Shown: piece by piece, positions 24,279 to 32,000 of the stretch
Position numbering within the stretch: position 1 is the stretch's first letter
Layout: every line of letters begins with the position of its first letter
NCBI RefSeq assembly: GCF_001564455.1
Contig: NZ_CP011391.1
Span: 2,430,001 to 2,462,000, forward strand
DNA: 32,000 nucleotides
Source: Faecalibaculum rodentium
GTDB taxonomy: Bacteria; Bacillota_I; Bacilli_A; Erysipelotrichales; Erysipelotrichaceae
Reading direction: 5' to 3'
The notes under the pieces: model-generated
Seen by the model: the letters and a program-made list of their open reading frames with translations, nothing else
Database searches by the model: none
Told to the model about the DNA's origin: nothing
Program-made: the position numbers and the translations under genes

Positions 24279-24365
24279 ATTTGTATTGAAATCCAGAACA
24301 GAAGGCCATGCATTATAAACGTTTATCGAGAAACTGTGTGATAGTATGTTGCTTTTGCAATATAA

Positions 24366-24406
24366 AGCCCGTCAGAAACGAGGCAATCATGTGTTTCTGA
24401 CGGGCT
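24366..24406 (-). terminator. Strong hairpin (14-bp perfect stem) insulating the PTS operon from upstream DNA
   Basis: AGCCCGTCAGAAAC (24366-24379) pairs with GTTTCTGACGGGCT (24393-24406). On the minus strand it is followed by TTATATTGC. Confidence 0.5.
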
Positions 24407-24624
24407 ATGAAGATACAGACATGCCTCTGTGGGAGAGGGACGGGCAGTATATTTTCTGCAGGTCTTTGTCTTTATTTCTGTGCTCTCCAGTTCCAGATTA
24501 TTAGAATAAGCCGTAGACAGTGGGAAGTGGATGCTCTCTTCCATCTTCGGCTTTTTCACTCCGTTCAGTGTCTGGATCCAGCCTCTGCCTGTACTCGGAT
24601 AGCCGACCATGGCGTTCCAGATAG

Positions 24625-25067
24625 TCATAAGCTTACGGCTGTTGTCGATACCTTTTTAACTCCACTGTTCTCGCCTTTCCTGAAGCCGATGCTCTCGCCC
24701 TTTTGCAGGCCGGCTTTCCACATCTGCTCGGTTTGTCGTGCATCAGATATTCCAGAGCCATTTCCATCGTCTGATCCTCCCTTTTCATCCCTCGAAGCAC
24801 CTCCAGATCTGTATCCGTATGCTGTCATTCGCAATCAGGCCCGGATAGCGATCGCAGACTTCCGCTCCATAGAATTCCCGCAGCATTTTCGGACCCTTCC
24901 ACGGCTACTGTCCATAGTATAGTGTGACATTCAGTTCCAGAACCGGCAGCGGATGCAGATCTTCTGCTCTGAATCCCGGCAGCGGAATGCCTGTCAGTTT
25001 CAGGACATCCACCAACACATCCGCGAACTCCAGGAAATGCCGTTCCAGGATATCTTTCTCTGCCATT
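24625..25067 (-). pseudogene. Decayed remnant of an Rpn/PD-(D/E)XK-nuclease-type putative transposase gene
   Basis: A good RBS (AAAGGAGGAATTCA) precedes MAEKDILERHFLEFADVLVDVL..., which resembles from memory the N-terminus of that family. There is an early stop after 53 codons. Downstream frames carry family-like fragments (GYRSGGASRDE; MALEYLMHDK; GLQKGESIGFRKGE) separated by stops and frameshifts. Confidence 0.35.
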
Positions 25068-25212
25068 GAATTCCTCCTTTCTTTCCCGGCCCCCCTCACA
25101 GTCCACAGAGAAAACCGGTTCAGGACAGAACCCCCTGTTCATATATTCGCCAAACGGCCTCGTTTTTGAGGAAACTTATCATTTTTTCTTCAAAACCCGG
25201 TTTCACGCAAAA

Positions 25213-25252
25213 AACTCCTGCAGAAGCACAGAGTGATGCACATCCACAGGAG
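25213..25252 (-). terminator. Probable terminator after the methyltransferase gene
   Basis: Minus strand reads CTCCTG ... CAGGAG followed by TTTTTTGCG. The stem is short and the loop long. Confidence 0.45.
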
Positions 25253-25314
25253 ATTCATCCCGCAATCATTTCATTTGTCCGCAAACAGCGGCAGGATCCC
25301 GGAAAGCCCCGGCT

Positions 25315-25896
25315 TCACTTCTCCCGGCTGACTTTCAGCACCCAGAACCCCTTGTCCCGGTTCACGCGCTCCACCTGACATCCCAGGGACTCCAGGTGCT
25401 TCACGGCACTTTTCACGCCGTGATCCTTGCGCATCACGATCCAAAGCCTGCCCGCATCGGCCAGTGCCTGCACACATTCTTCAAGGAGGCGGTAGACCGT
25501 TTCCTTGCCCGTGCGGATCGGGGGATTGATCAGGATCGTCCCATACCCGCTGCCAGTCACGTGATTTGCCACCTGCACATCCACGGCCAGACCCGCTGTG
25601 TTTTCCCGGGCCAGACCAGCGGCTTTTTCATTGACGTCGATCGCCGTGACCGGAACCTGCCATTCCACGGCGAGCACCTTCGCCACGGGCCCGATCCCGC
25701 ATCCCATGTCCAACACCGGACCCGCAGGTTCGGCCTGCGTCAGCACGGTTTCAAGCAGTATACGGGTCCCTTCATCGAGTTTGTCCTTCGAAAATACCCC
25801 GGCATTGGACTGCATGTCATAGGTCCTGCCAGCAATATCAAAGGTAAACGAAGAGGGTACATCCGGAGTTTCTTCATTGGTATAGTAGTGACTCAT
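25315..25896 (-). CDS. Class I SAM-dependent methyltransferase, small-domain RsmC/RlmG-like
   Basis: Has the GVFS..K.D.GT..LL entry motif, the SAM motif VLDMGCGIGP and the catalytic NPPIRTG. AGGAGAA RBS. Confidence 0.8.
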   Translation of the reverse strand: MSHYYTNEETPDVPSSFTFDIAGRTYDMQSNAGVFSKDKLDEGTRILLETVLTQAEPAGPVLDMGCGIGPVAKVLAVEWQVPVTAIDVNEKAAGLARENTAGLAVDVQVANHVTGSGYGTILINPPIRTGKETVYRLLEECVQALADAGRLWIVMRKDHGVKSAVKHLESLGCQVERVNRDKGFWVLKVSREK

Positions 25897-25996
25897 ATCA
25901 TTTTCTCCTGAAAACAGCCGCAGTTTCCTGCGGCTGCTGTTGTTTCATGATTCTGTCTGTTGATTCTGTCTGTGTTGTGCCAGCCAGAGTGCGGAC

Positions 25997-27898
25997 CTAC
26001 GCTTTGGCTTCCTTTTTTGCCTTTGCATCGGCTTTCTTTGCCGGAGCTGCTTCGGGTTCCGGCTTCGGCGCCGGTGTATCGGCTTCGAAAATGCAGGCAC
26101 CCAGCGCAGGAACCGTCACTTCGAACAGAAACGGCTGGTGGTTCAGAGGCACCTTCACGCTCCATGCGGTCTGCGGGGTATCTGTATCCAGACTGCCGTT
26201 GTATTTCGCCCACTGGGTGTTGAGCACTTCCGTGAATTTTCCGCGGAATGGAACCCCGAAACGCTGCCTTACGCTGTTGGTAGAGAAGTTCAGCAGGATC
26301 ACATACGTTTTTTCCGCTGACTTCCGCATATAGGAGAACAGGTTCTGGGAGGCGTTGTCCGCGTCGATCCACTGAAAGTTCATGGGGTCATAGCCGTACC
26401 AGAATGCGCTGTCTTCTCCATAAATGTCTCCGAGGTCCGCGAAGAACTTCTCGAAGCCCTGGTGCATCGGGTATTCATCCAGGAACCAGTCGCAGCCGCG
26501 GCTTTCGTCCCATTCCCGCATCATGCCGATTTCGTTGCCCATGAAATTCAGCTTCTTGCCGGGGTGGGTATACATGTAGGTATACAGCGCCCGGGCCTGG
26601 GCGAACTTGTCTTCATAGCTGCCCCACATCTTGTCCACGATTGTGGCCTTGCCATGCACGACTTCGTCATGGGACAGAGGCAGAATGAATTTTTCGCTGT
26701 AGAAATATGCCATGGAGAACGTGATGTCATTGTGGTGCCACTGGCGGTAGATCGGGTCCTTTTTCAGGTAGGACAAGGTGTCATTCATCCACCCCAGATC
26801 CCATTTGTAGTCAAATCCCAGGCCGCCGTCCAGCGTCGGTTTCGTGACGTTCGGGAAATCCGAGCTGTCTTCCGCAATGAGCATGACACGGCCTTCCCAC
26901 CGCTTGTTGATGATGAAGTTCAGGCGCTTCATGAAGTCGCAGGCACCTTCGTTCACTCCGTTGCGCTTGTCGCCGTGCCAGAAAATCGCGTTGGCGATCG
27001 CGTCAAAACGCAGGCCATCCATGTGATAGACATCCAGCCAGAAGTTGGCGGCACTCATCAGGAAGGAACGGACTTCCTCTTTCCAGAGGTCAAAGTTGTA
27101 GGTATCCCACTGGCTGTGGGCGTCGCTGTCCTTGCTGTATTCGTAAAGGGGGGTGCCGTCAAAGCGCGCCAGGGCGAAGTTGTCCTTCACGAAGTGCACA
27201 GGCACGAAGTCCATGATCACACCGATGCCCGCATCATGGAGCTTGTTCACGAACTCCATCAGGTCCCGGTTTGTGCCATAGCGGGAGGTGCTGGAGAAAT
27301 ACCCCGTGGACTGATAGCCCCAGGAGCCATCGAAGGGGAATTCCGACAGAGGCATCACTTCAACGTGGGAGAAATGATATTCCCTGCAGTGGGCAATCAG
27401 GTCGTCCACGATCTGGCTGTAATGCATGAAATCATTGGGACCCATGTCCTCATCCCGTTTCCAGGACCCGACGTGCATTTCATAAATGTTCACCGGCTTG
27501 TCATAGCCTTTGGTGCGGGTCTTCATCCACTCCTGGTCCGTCCAGCCGTCAAAGGAGAGATCGGCCACCACGGAGGCGGTGTTGGGCCGTTTTTCGGAAT
27601 AGAAGGCATAGGGATCTGCTTTGTCCACCACATCTCCGGTGGCCTGCGTCACCCGGTACTTGTATCCGTCCCCGGGTCTGGCGTTTTCGACTGTCACCGA
27701 CCAGATTCCCTGGTCGTCCTTGACCATGGGAATCGGATCGGCTCCCCAGTCGTTGAAAGCGCCCACCACTTCAATTCTCTTGGCATGAGGGGCCCAGACA
27801 CGGAACGTTACGCCGTCCCTGCCCGGGTGTGCCCCGAATATTTTATATGCCTCGATTTCGGAACCCTGGAAAAAGGGCGTCGTATTGAGTTTGTCCAT
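25997..27898 (-). CDS. glgB: 1,4-alpha-glucan branching enzyme
   Basis: N-terminal FGAHP...GVTFRVWAP.A..V.VVG.FN.W. GH13 catalytic regions are present (DFVPVHF, GLRFDA, AEDSS, LSHDEV). AGGAGG RBS. Confidence 0.9.
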   Translation of the reverse strand: MDKLNTTPFFQGSEIEAYKIFGAHPGRDGVTFRVWAPHAKRIEVVGAFNDWGADPIPMVKDDQGIWSVTVENARPGDGYKYRVTQATGDVVDKADPYAFYSEKRPNTASVVADLSFDGWTDQEWMKTRTKGYDKPVNIYEMHVGSWKRDEDMGPNDFMHYSQIVDDLIAHCREYHFSHVEVMPLSEFPFDGSWGYQSTGYFSSTSRYGTNRDLMEFVNKLHDAGIGVIMDFVPVHFVKDNFALARFDGTPLYEYSKDSDAHSQWDTYNFDLWKEEVRSFLMSAANFWLDVYHMDGLRFDAIANAIFWHGDKRNGVNEGACDFMKRLNFIINKRWEGRVMLIAEDSSDFPNVTKPTLDGGLGFDYKWDLGWMNDTLSYLKKDPIYRQWHHNDITFSMAYFYSEKFILPLSHDEVVHGKATIVDKMWGSYEDKFAQARALYTYMYTHPGKKLNFMGNEIGMMREWDESRGCDWFLDEYPMHQGFEKFFADLGDIYGEDSAFWYGYDPMNFQWIDADNASQNLFSYMRKSAEKTYVILLNFSTNSVRQRFGVPFRGKFTEVLNTQWAKYNGSLDTDTPQTAWSVKVPLNHQPFLFEVTVPALGACIFEADTPAPKPEPEAAPAKKADAKAKKEAKA

Positions 27899-28005
27899 AT
27901 AAGAATGCTCCTCCTGTCATCAGGTTCATTTTATCGCATTTGCGCAGAGGTTTGTGAGCCATGGAAAGAATATGTAAGCGGTTTTTCGTCACTTCCGGGA
28001 ATCTG

Positions 28006-29106
28006 TCAATTGACAGCTGTCCCGTTGTGTTCTCCGGCACTGTTCTGTGTTTTCTGCAGCCGGTTTTCTTCACCAGTCAGGCCCTGTTTTTCGCCATCGG
28101 CAGGGGTCTGACCGGCATTTTCCTTCAGCGCAGCCTGGTCGGCTGTCCATAAGTCCAGATACTCCTGCAGTACGGCCTCGAGCTCCGGCAGAGACTGAAT
28201 CCGGCTCAGTTTGTCTTTGTATTTCTTCGCCCCCCGGAGCCCCTTGAGGTACCATGACGCAAGTCCCCGCATTTCCATCGCCGCAGTGCGTTCGCCCTTC
28301 AGCTCCGCCAGGCTCTTCGCATGTTCCATGCACAGGCCGATGCGTTCGGGGACCGAAAATTCGTGGTGTGTGCCGAAGTACGCGTCATTGCATTCCTGGA
28401 TCAGAAAGGGATTGCCCACAATGCCGCGGCCGATCATCACCGCATCGCAGCCGGTTTCGTCCATCATCCGCAGGAAGTCCTCCGCACTCTTCACATCCCC
28501 GTTGCCAATGACGGGAATCGACACGGCTTCCTTCACCTTCCGGATCCAGCTCCAGTCGGCGTGACCGTCATACATCTGACTCCGTGTCCGGCCGTGAATG
28601 GTGATGGCTCTGGCGCCCGCCGCTTCGCAGGCCTTTGCGAGCTGTACGCAGTTTTTGTGGTCATTGTCGTAACCGATGCGCATTTTCACCGTCACGGGCT
28701 TGTCCACGGCCTCCACCACGGCTTTCACGAGCTTCGCCGCATGGTCGGGATCGGTCATGAGCCAGCTGCCGGCATGGGCTTTGATGACTTTGTTCACGGG
28801 GCACCCCATGTTGATGTCAATGATGTCACACCCGGTTTCCCTGTCCAGGAACTTCGCGGCATGTACGACGGTGTCGATGTCATGGCCGAAAACCTGAAAC
28901 GACAGCGGGTGTTCATCGGGATCCGAAACGCACATCTTCCGTGTTTTCTCCGAGTCATACCACAGGGCTTTGTCGGAGACCATTTCGTTGCAGACAAGAC
29001 CTGCCCCGAATTTCCGGGCGATCCGGCGGAACGCCAGGTTGGAGATCCCGGCCATGGGGGCGGCGATCACCGGGGAGGGAATCGTCACATCACCGATTTC
29101 AAGCAT
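28006..29106 (-). CDS. dusB: tRNA-dihydrouridine synthase (DusB-like) with about 45-aa C-terminal extension
   Basis: Motifs [32 protein letters not shown] and NGD are present. The start overlaps the hslO stop. Confidence 0.85.
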   Translation of the reverse strand: MLEIGDVTIPSPVIAAPMAGISNLAFRRIARKFGAGLVCNEMVSDKALWYDSEKTRKMCVSDPDEHPLSFQVFGHDIDTVVHAAKFLDRETGCDIIDINMGCPVNKVIKAHAGSWLMTDPDHAAKLVKAVVEAVDKPVTVKMRIGYDNDHKNCVQLAKACEAAGARAITIHGRTRSQMYDGHADWSWIRKVKEAVSIPVIGNGDVKSAEDFLRMMDETGCDAVMIGRGIVGNPFLIQECNDAYFGTHHEFSVPERIGLCMEHAKSLAELKGERTAAMEMRGLASWYLKGLRGAKKYKDKLSRIQSLPELEAVLQEYLDLWTADQAALKENAGQTPADGEKQGLTGEENRLQKTQNSAGEHNGTAVN

Positions 29107-29983
29107 TCATCTTGTCCAGGATCTTCTGGAGGTCATCTTTGTCGAAGTGGTATTCGTTGTTGCAGAAATTGCACGTGATGTTGATGCCTTCATCCTGCCC
29201 CATGAGTTCCTCGATGTCCTTCTTCGGGAGCGTCATGAGGACTTTTTCCGTCTTCTCGCGGTCACATCCGCAGTGGAACTGAATGTCCCGGGTTTCCAGG
29301 ATCCGTGCATCGTCGAACATGTCCTTCACCAGCTGGTCCAGGCTGGAATCGTCGTATTCCTGCATCAGGGTGGACATGGGTTTCAGGCCGGAGAGGACAT
29401 GTTCGCAGATCCGGATGTCTTCATCCGTGGCATCGGGCATCATCTGCAGGAGCATGGCGCCGGCGGATTCCACGTTGCCGTCTGTGCCGATTTTCACGCC
29501 CACACTGACAGCCGAGGGGGTCTGTTCGGACATCGTGAAGTAATACGCGAAGTCCTCCCCGATTTCCCCGGACTGCAGTTCAATGGTGCCTGTCCAGTTT
29601 TCCGCCATGTGCAGGTCCTTGGTCACGGTCATGGTGCCGTCTTTGCCCACGACGGCGCCGACATCCAGCTTGCCGGGGCCTTTGTATACATCCTCCACAT
29701 GAGGATTGGAGACAAAGCCGCGGACATTGTCGTTTGCATAGGCATCCACGATGATCGACCCGATGGGGCCGTGGCCGTTGATGGAAATCGTCAGCATCTC
29801 CTGGTCGCTTTTGAGCATGCTGCCCATAATGGATGCGATGGACAGCACACGCCCCAGTGCCGCGCAGGCAGTGGGATGGAGATCGAAGCGGTCCCTGGCT
29901 TCCTGGACCATATCCGTGGTCCTGTCGATATAAATTCTCACCCGTCCATCCAGGACAAAGGCTTTTACGAGCTGATCTTTCAT
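29099..29983 (-). CDS. hslO: Hsp33 redox-regulated chaperone
   Basis: Typical Hsp33 N-terminus (...RVRIY...T.MVQEA..R....PTA.AALGR). The C-terminal zinc centre is CGCDREK...CNFCNNEY. The start was set at the ATG at 29983 with a GGGAGG RBS. Confidence 0.9.
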   Translation of the reverse strand: MKDQLVKAFVLDGRVRIYIDRTTDMVQEARDRFDLHPTACAALGRVLSIASIMGSMLKSDQEMLTISINGHGPIGSIIVDAYANDNVRGFVSNPHVEDVYKGPGKLDVGAVVGKDGTMTVTKDLHMAENWTGTIELQSGEIGEDFAYYFTMSEQTPSAVSVGVKIGTDGNVESAGAMLLQMMPDATDEDIRICEHVLSGLKPMSTLMQEYDDSSLDQLVKDMFDDARILETRDIQFHCGCDREKTEKVLMTLPKKDIEELMGQDEGINITCNFCNNEYHFDKDDLQKILDKMNA

Positions 29984-30096
29984 GATCGTACCTCCCGGTT
30001 TGCATGTATTAACCATTCCTTATTATTGCGCAGTTGCTTCCTTTTTTCGAACGGGACGATGATACAATAAACAGCTGAAGGGAAACATAACGAATC

Positions 30097-30753
30097 ATGA
30101 AACAAAATACACTGACGAAGTTTCTCGCCGCAGCCGTGGTGCTGCTGCTGTTTGTGCTGTTCACTGTATGCCTCACCGGCGTCGACGTCCGGCCGGTGGG
30201 ACCGGAGAACTCCTATGTCGGTTTCGCCAGTCTCAATGACTGGGTCTTCAAACACATAGGCACCAGCGAGATCTGGGACAAAATCACCGATGTGATCGCC
30301 CTGCTTGCCATGGCCCTGGCGGCTGTCTTTGCAGGAACGGGTCTCTGGCAGTGGATCAAGGGAAAGAGCCTGAAGGCTGTGGATCCGTGTCTCATTGTCC
30401 TGGGGATCTTCTACATCATGATGGTGGCTTTCTATGTGGCATTCGAGTTCATCGTGATCAACTACCGCCCGGTGCTCGTGGACGGAGCGCTGGAAGCGAG
30501 CTATCCCAGCAGCCACACTTTTGTGGCGCTGTTCATTTTCTTCTCCGGCCTTCCCGTAGTCAACCGGCTGGTAAAAAAACAGACCTGGAGGATGTGGATC
30601 AATATCATGCTCATTGTTCTGTCGGTGGCGATGATGGTCGGACGTGTGCTCTCCGGCATGCACTGGACCACGGATGTGCTTGGTGCGTTCCTGCTGGCCC
30701 TGGGCATGGCACTGCTGTACGACGCCTTTGTGCTGTGGTGGAGAACGGAGTAA
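30097..30753 (+). CDS. PAP2-family membrane phosphatase
   Basis: PAP2 motifs are present (YPSSHT and RVLSGMHWTTDVLGA). Multiple TM helices. Confidence 0.8.
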   Translation: MKQNTLTKFLAAAVVLLLFVLFTVCLTGVDVRPVGPENSYVGFASLNDWVFKHIGTSEIWDKITDVIALLAMALAAVFAGTGLWQWIKGKSLKAVDPCLIVLGIFYIMMVAFYVAFEFIVINYRPVLVDGALEASYPSSHTFVALFIFFSGLPVVNRLVKKQTWRMWINIMLIVLSVAMMVGRVLSGMHWTTDVLGAFLLALGMALLYDAFVLWWRTE

Positions 30754-30796
30754 GCTGGAATATACTGCGATTGAATGCGGTTTACAAGGACAGAGA

Positions 30797-30842
30797 AAGG
30801 CTCTCGTGTGATGCGATTGTGATCACGCGGGAGCCTTTTGTG
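30797..30842 (+). terminator. Rho-independent terminator after the PAP2 gene
   Basis: AAGGCTCTCGTGTGAT ... ATCACGCGGGAGCCTT followed by TTTGTGT. Confidence 0.6.
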
Positions 30843-30870
30843 TATGGATGAATGAGGGTGGACAGGGAAG

Positions 30871-31075
30871 CGTACAATCGTTCGCTGATCGTACTCTATT
30901 CGTACTCTGTTCGTACTCATCATCCTTAATTCGTATTCTCATTGCTCTGAGGAAACGATTAGATTGGCTCCATTCATACTCTAGCCGTTCCCTATTCTTA
31001 CTCTATTCATATTCTAATCGTACTCATCGTTCTCAATTCGTACTCTAATTGCTCTCGGAAAATGATTCGATTGAA
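30871..31075 (+). repeat. Repeat field: CGTACTC-type short motifs, some at 11-bp spacing, nested in a roughly 107-bp tandem duplication
   Basis: CGTACTC starts at 30890, 30901, 30912, 31019 and 31039, with variants CGTATTC 30932, CATACTC 30975, CTTACTC 30997 and CATATTC 31008. Segment 30912-30966 matches 31019-31073 at 45 of 55 positions by my count. Confidence 0.75.
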
Positions 31076-31092
31076 GAAATAGATGTACAATT

Positions 31093-31689
31093 TCAAGACC
31101 ATTTCAAATAGATACCGAGTTCCTTTTCAGTTCTCTGGCGGATGCTTTCCGCCCTGTCCGCAGCTTCCTGAAGATCCAGTCCAGCCTGGCCAGCCACTGA
31201 GAGCAATTCATCCATGCCCGGATCTTTTCCATTTCCATGAATCATGGTGGCAGGTTCTCCACCCATGGAATTTGACCAGGTCAAATCATATGCAGGAGCC
31301 AGTTCCCAGTGGCCCTGTAAATACAGAAACGAAAAATTATTGGAATGATCATCCCGGTTATGAGCGAACACATTGCAACACATGAGAGAAAACATCTGCC
31401 AGACTTCTTCCCTGGATCTGGTGAGCAGCCAGGTCAGTTTCAGCAGCAGATCATAATCCAGGCTGGGGATCCGGTGACTGGTTTCAAGCAGTCCGGATAC
31501 AGAAACCATGTGGATTTTTTCGGTACCCTTTCTGTCAAACCGCCGGGAGCCAAAATATCCGCTGCATTTGTCTGAAGGAAACAGCTTCGTTTCTGTCACC
31601 GGAAAATACCCGATGATGAAGAGCCCCGGAAACAAGCCAAAAACGGGAAGCCATTTCCTTCGGAATGCGTCTTTCATTCTTTTCACCAA
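31093..31689 (-). pseudogene. HipA-family Ser/Thr kinase toxin, C-terminal catalytic fragment only
   Basis: FGSRRFDR, IHMVSVSGLLE, LDYDLLLKLT, FNVFAHNRDDHSNNFSFLY and LAPAYDLTWS match the HipA C-terminal domain. The N-terminal half (about 200 aa) is absent. The only in-frame start is a TTG lying inside the upstream terminator. Confidence 0.6.
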
Positions 31690-31717
31690 AATTGAAAAGC
31701 AGCCGTCCGGCTGCTTT
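31686..31717 (-). terminator. Rho-independent terminator of the upstream (partial) gene
   Basis: AAAGCAGCCG pairs with CGGCTGCTTT. On the minus strand it is followed by TCAATTTTGG, continuing the T-run. Confidence 0.6.
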
Positions 31718-31755
31718 CAATCTCTTCTCATTTCTGTATCCGTCTGGGTAACAGC

Positions 31756-32000
31756 TTATGCCTTCAATTCTGCCTGCAGCCCGCCTTCCATAAGCCCTTC
31801 TTTCCGGCCATCATTATAGATTTCTCTCGATACTTCACACATGGATGTTTCTCATTTCTCTGTACTCCTGATCTGCTTCATCAGCTGCTTCAGATATGTG
31901 TTTCTCATCGTTTCCGGATCTGACTGCCGGAAATCATGAGCCAGGTCTCCGGCTGTATCCGGTCCAGCACCAGATGAGACCGCTACACGTCCAGCCTTCC
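31756..32000 (-). other. 3' part of a gene running off the window, interrupted by an in-frame TGA
   Basis: Hand translation gives ...DPETMRNTYLKQLMKQIRSTEK-TGA(31852-31854)-ETSMCEVSREIYNDGRKEGLMEGGLQAELKA-TAA(31756-31758). The tail resembles the C-terminal (x)EG-repeat region seen in the remnant at 24625-25067. Confidence 0.3.

Noticed and set aside
26462-28111. Very long plus-strand ORFs antisense to real genes. Examples are 26462-28111 (549 aa), 14520-15914 (464 aa), 4918-6258 (446 aa), 21774-23090 (438 aa), 3598-4683 (361 aa) and 38-937 (299 aa).
   Set aside because: - Each lies exactly opposite a gene with clear family motifs.
- Their translations are low-complexity (rich in Gly, Arg, His and Val) with no recognisable domains or RBS.
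- Long antisense ORFs are expected in GC-rich coding DNA.
30871-31075. CRISPR array.
   Set aside because: - The repeat units are 7-11 bp with no unique spacers of 25-40 bp.
- No cas genes are in the window.
31852-31854. Selenocysteine recoding of the in-frame TGA.
   Set aside because: - I could not find a SECIS-like hairpin immediately downstream.
- The only tRNA in the window is tRNA-Ser(CGA), not tRNA-Sec(UCA).
- A pseudogene is the simpler explanation.

Overview
About 32 kb of chromosome from a moderately high-GC Gram-positive anaerobe. The Clostridia-like assignment rests on gene content only and is inference. All protein family calls come from reading motifs in the supplied translations; no database search was run. 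I support about 27 protein genes, one tRNA-Ser(CGA), several rho-independent terminators and several repeat families.

Gene order, left to right:
- PHP-type histidinol phosphatase
- RpiR/MurR regulator broken by a frameshift in a G5 run
- Low-GC DUF4143 AAA+ ATPase preceded by a 4 x 40-bp palindrome array
- Bicupin, Crp/Fnr regulator, DUF438-hemerythrin-PAS protein and a small Cys/His protein
- CDF metal exporter
- tRNA-Ser
- Two-component system plus ABC ATPase and FtsX-permease module (Bce-like), bracketed by about 130-bp TCGA-rich direct repeats
- DUF3737 protein
- Histidine-rich small protein
- PRD-type regulator
- Seven-gene operon: Ula-type PTS EIIA/B/C, then an HpcH aldolase, a KpsF-like SIS isomerase, a DapA-family lyase and an Eda-like aldolase
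- Decayed Rpn/PD-(D/E)XK-transposase-like remnant
- Housekeeping genes: small SAM methyltransferase, glgB, dusB, hslO, PAP2 phosphatase
- Low-GC tail with an 11-bp-periodic repeat field, a truncated HipA kinase fragment and a partial gene with an in-frame TGA

Most interesting candidates:
1. The PTS plus three-aldolase operon, which lacks all canonical ascorbate enzymes.
2. The 1.6-kb ATPase module, bounded by 23-bp inverted repeats built on a 12-mer that occurs four times in the window.
3. The repeat-bracketed peptide-resistance-like module next to tRNA-Ser.
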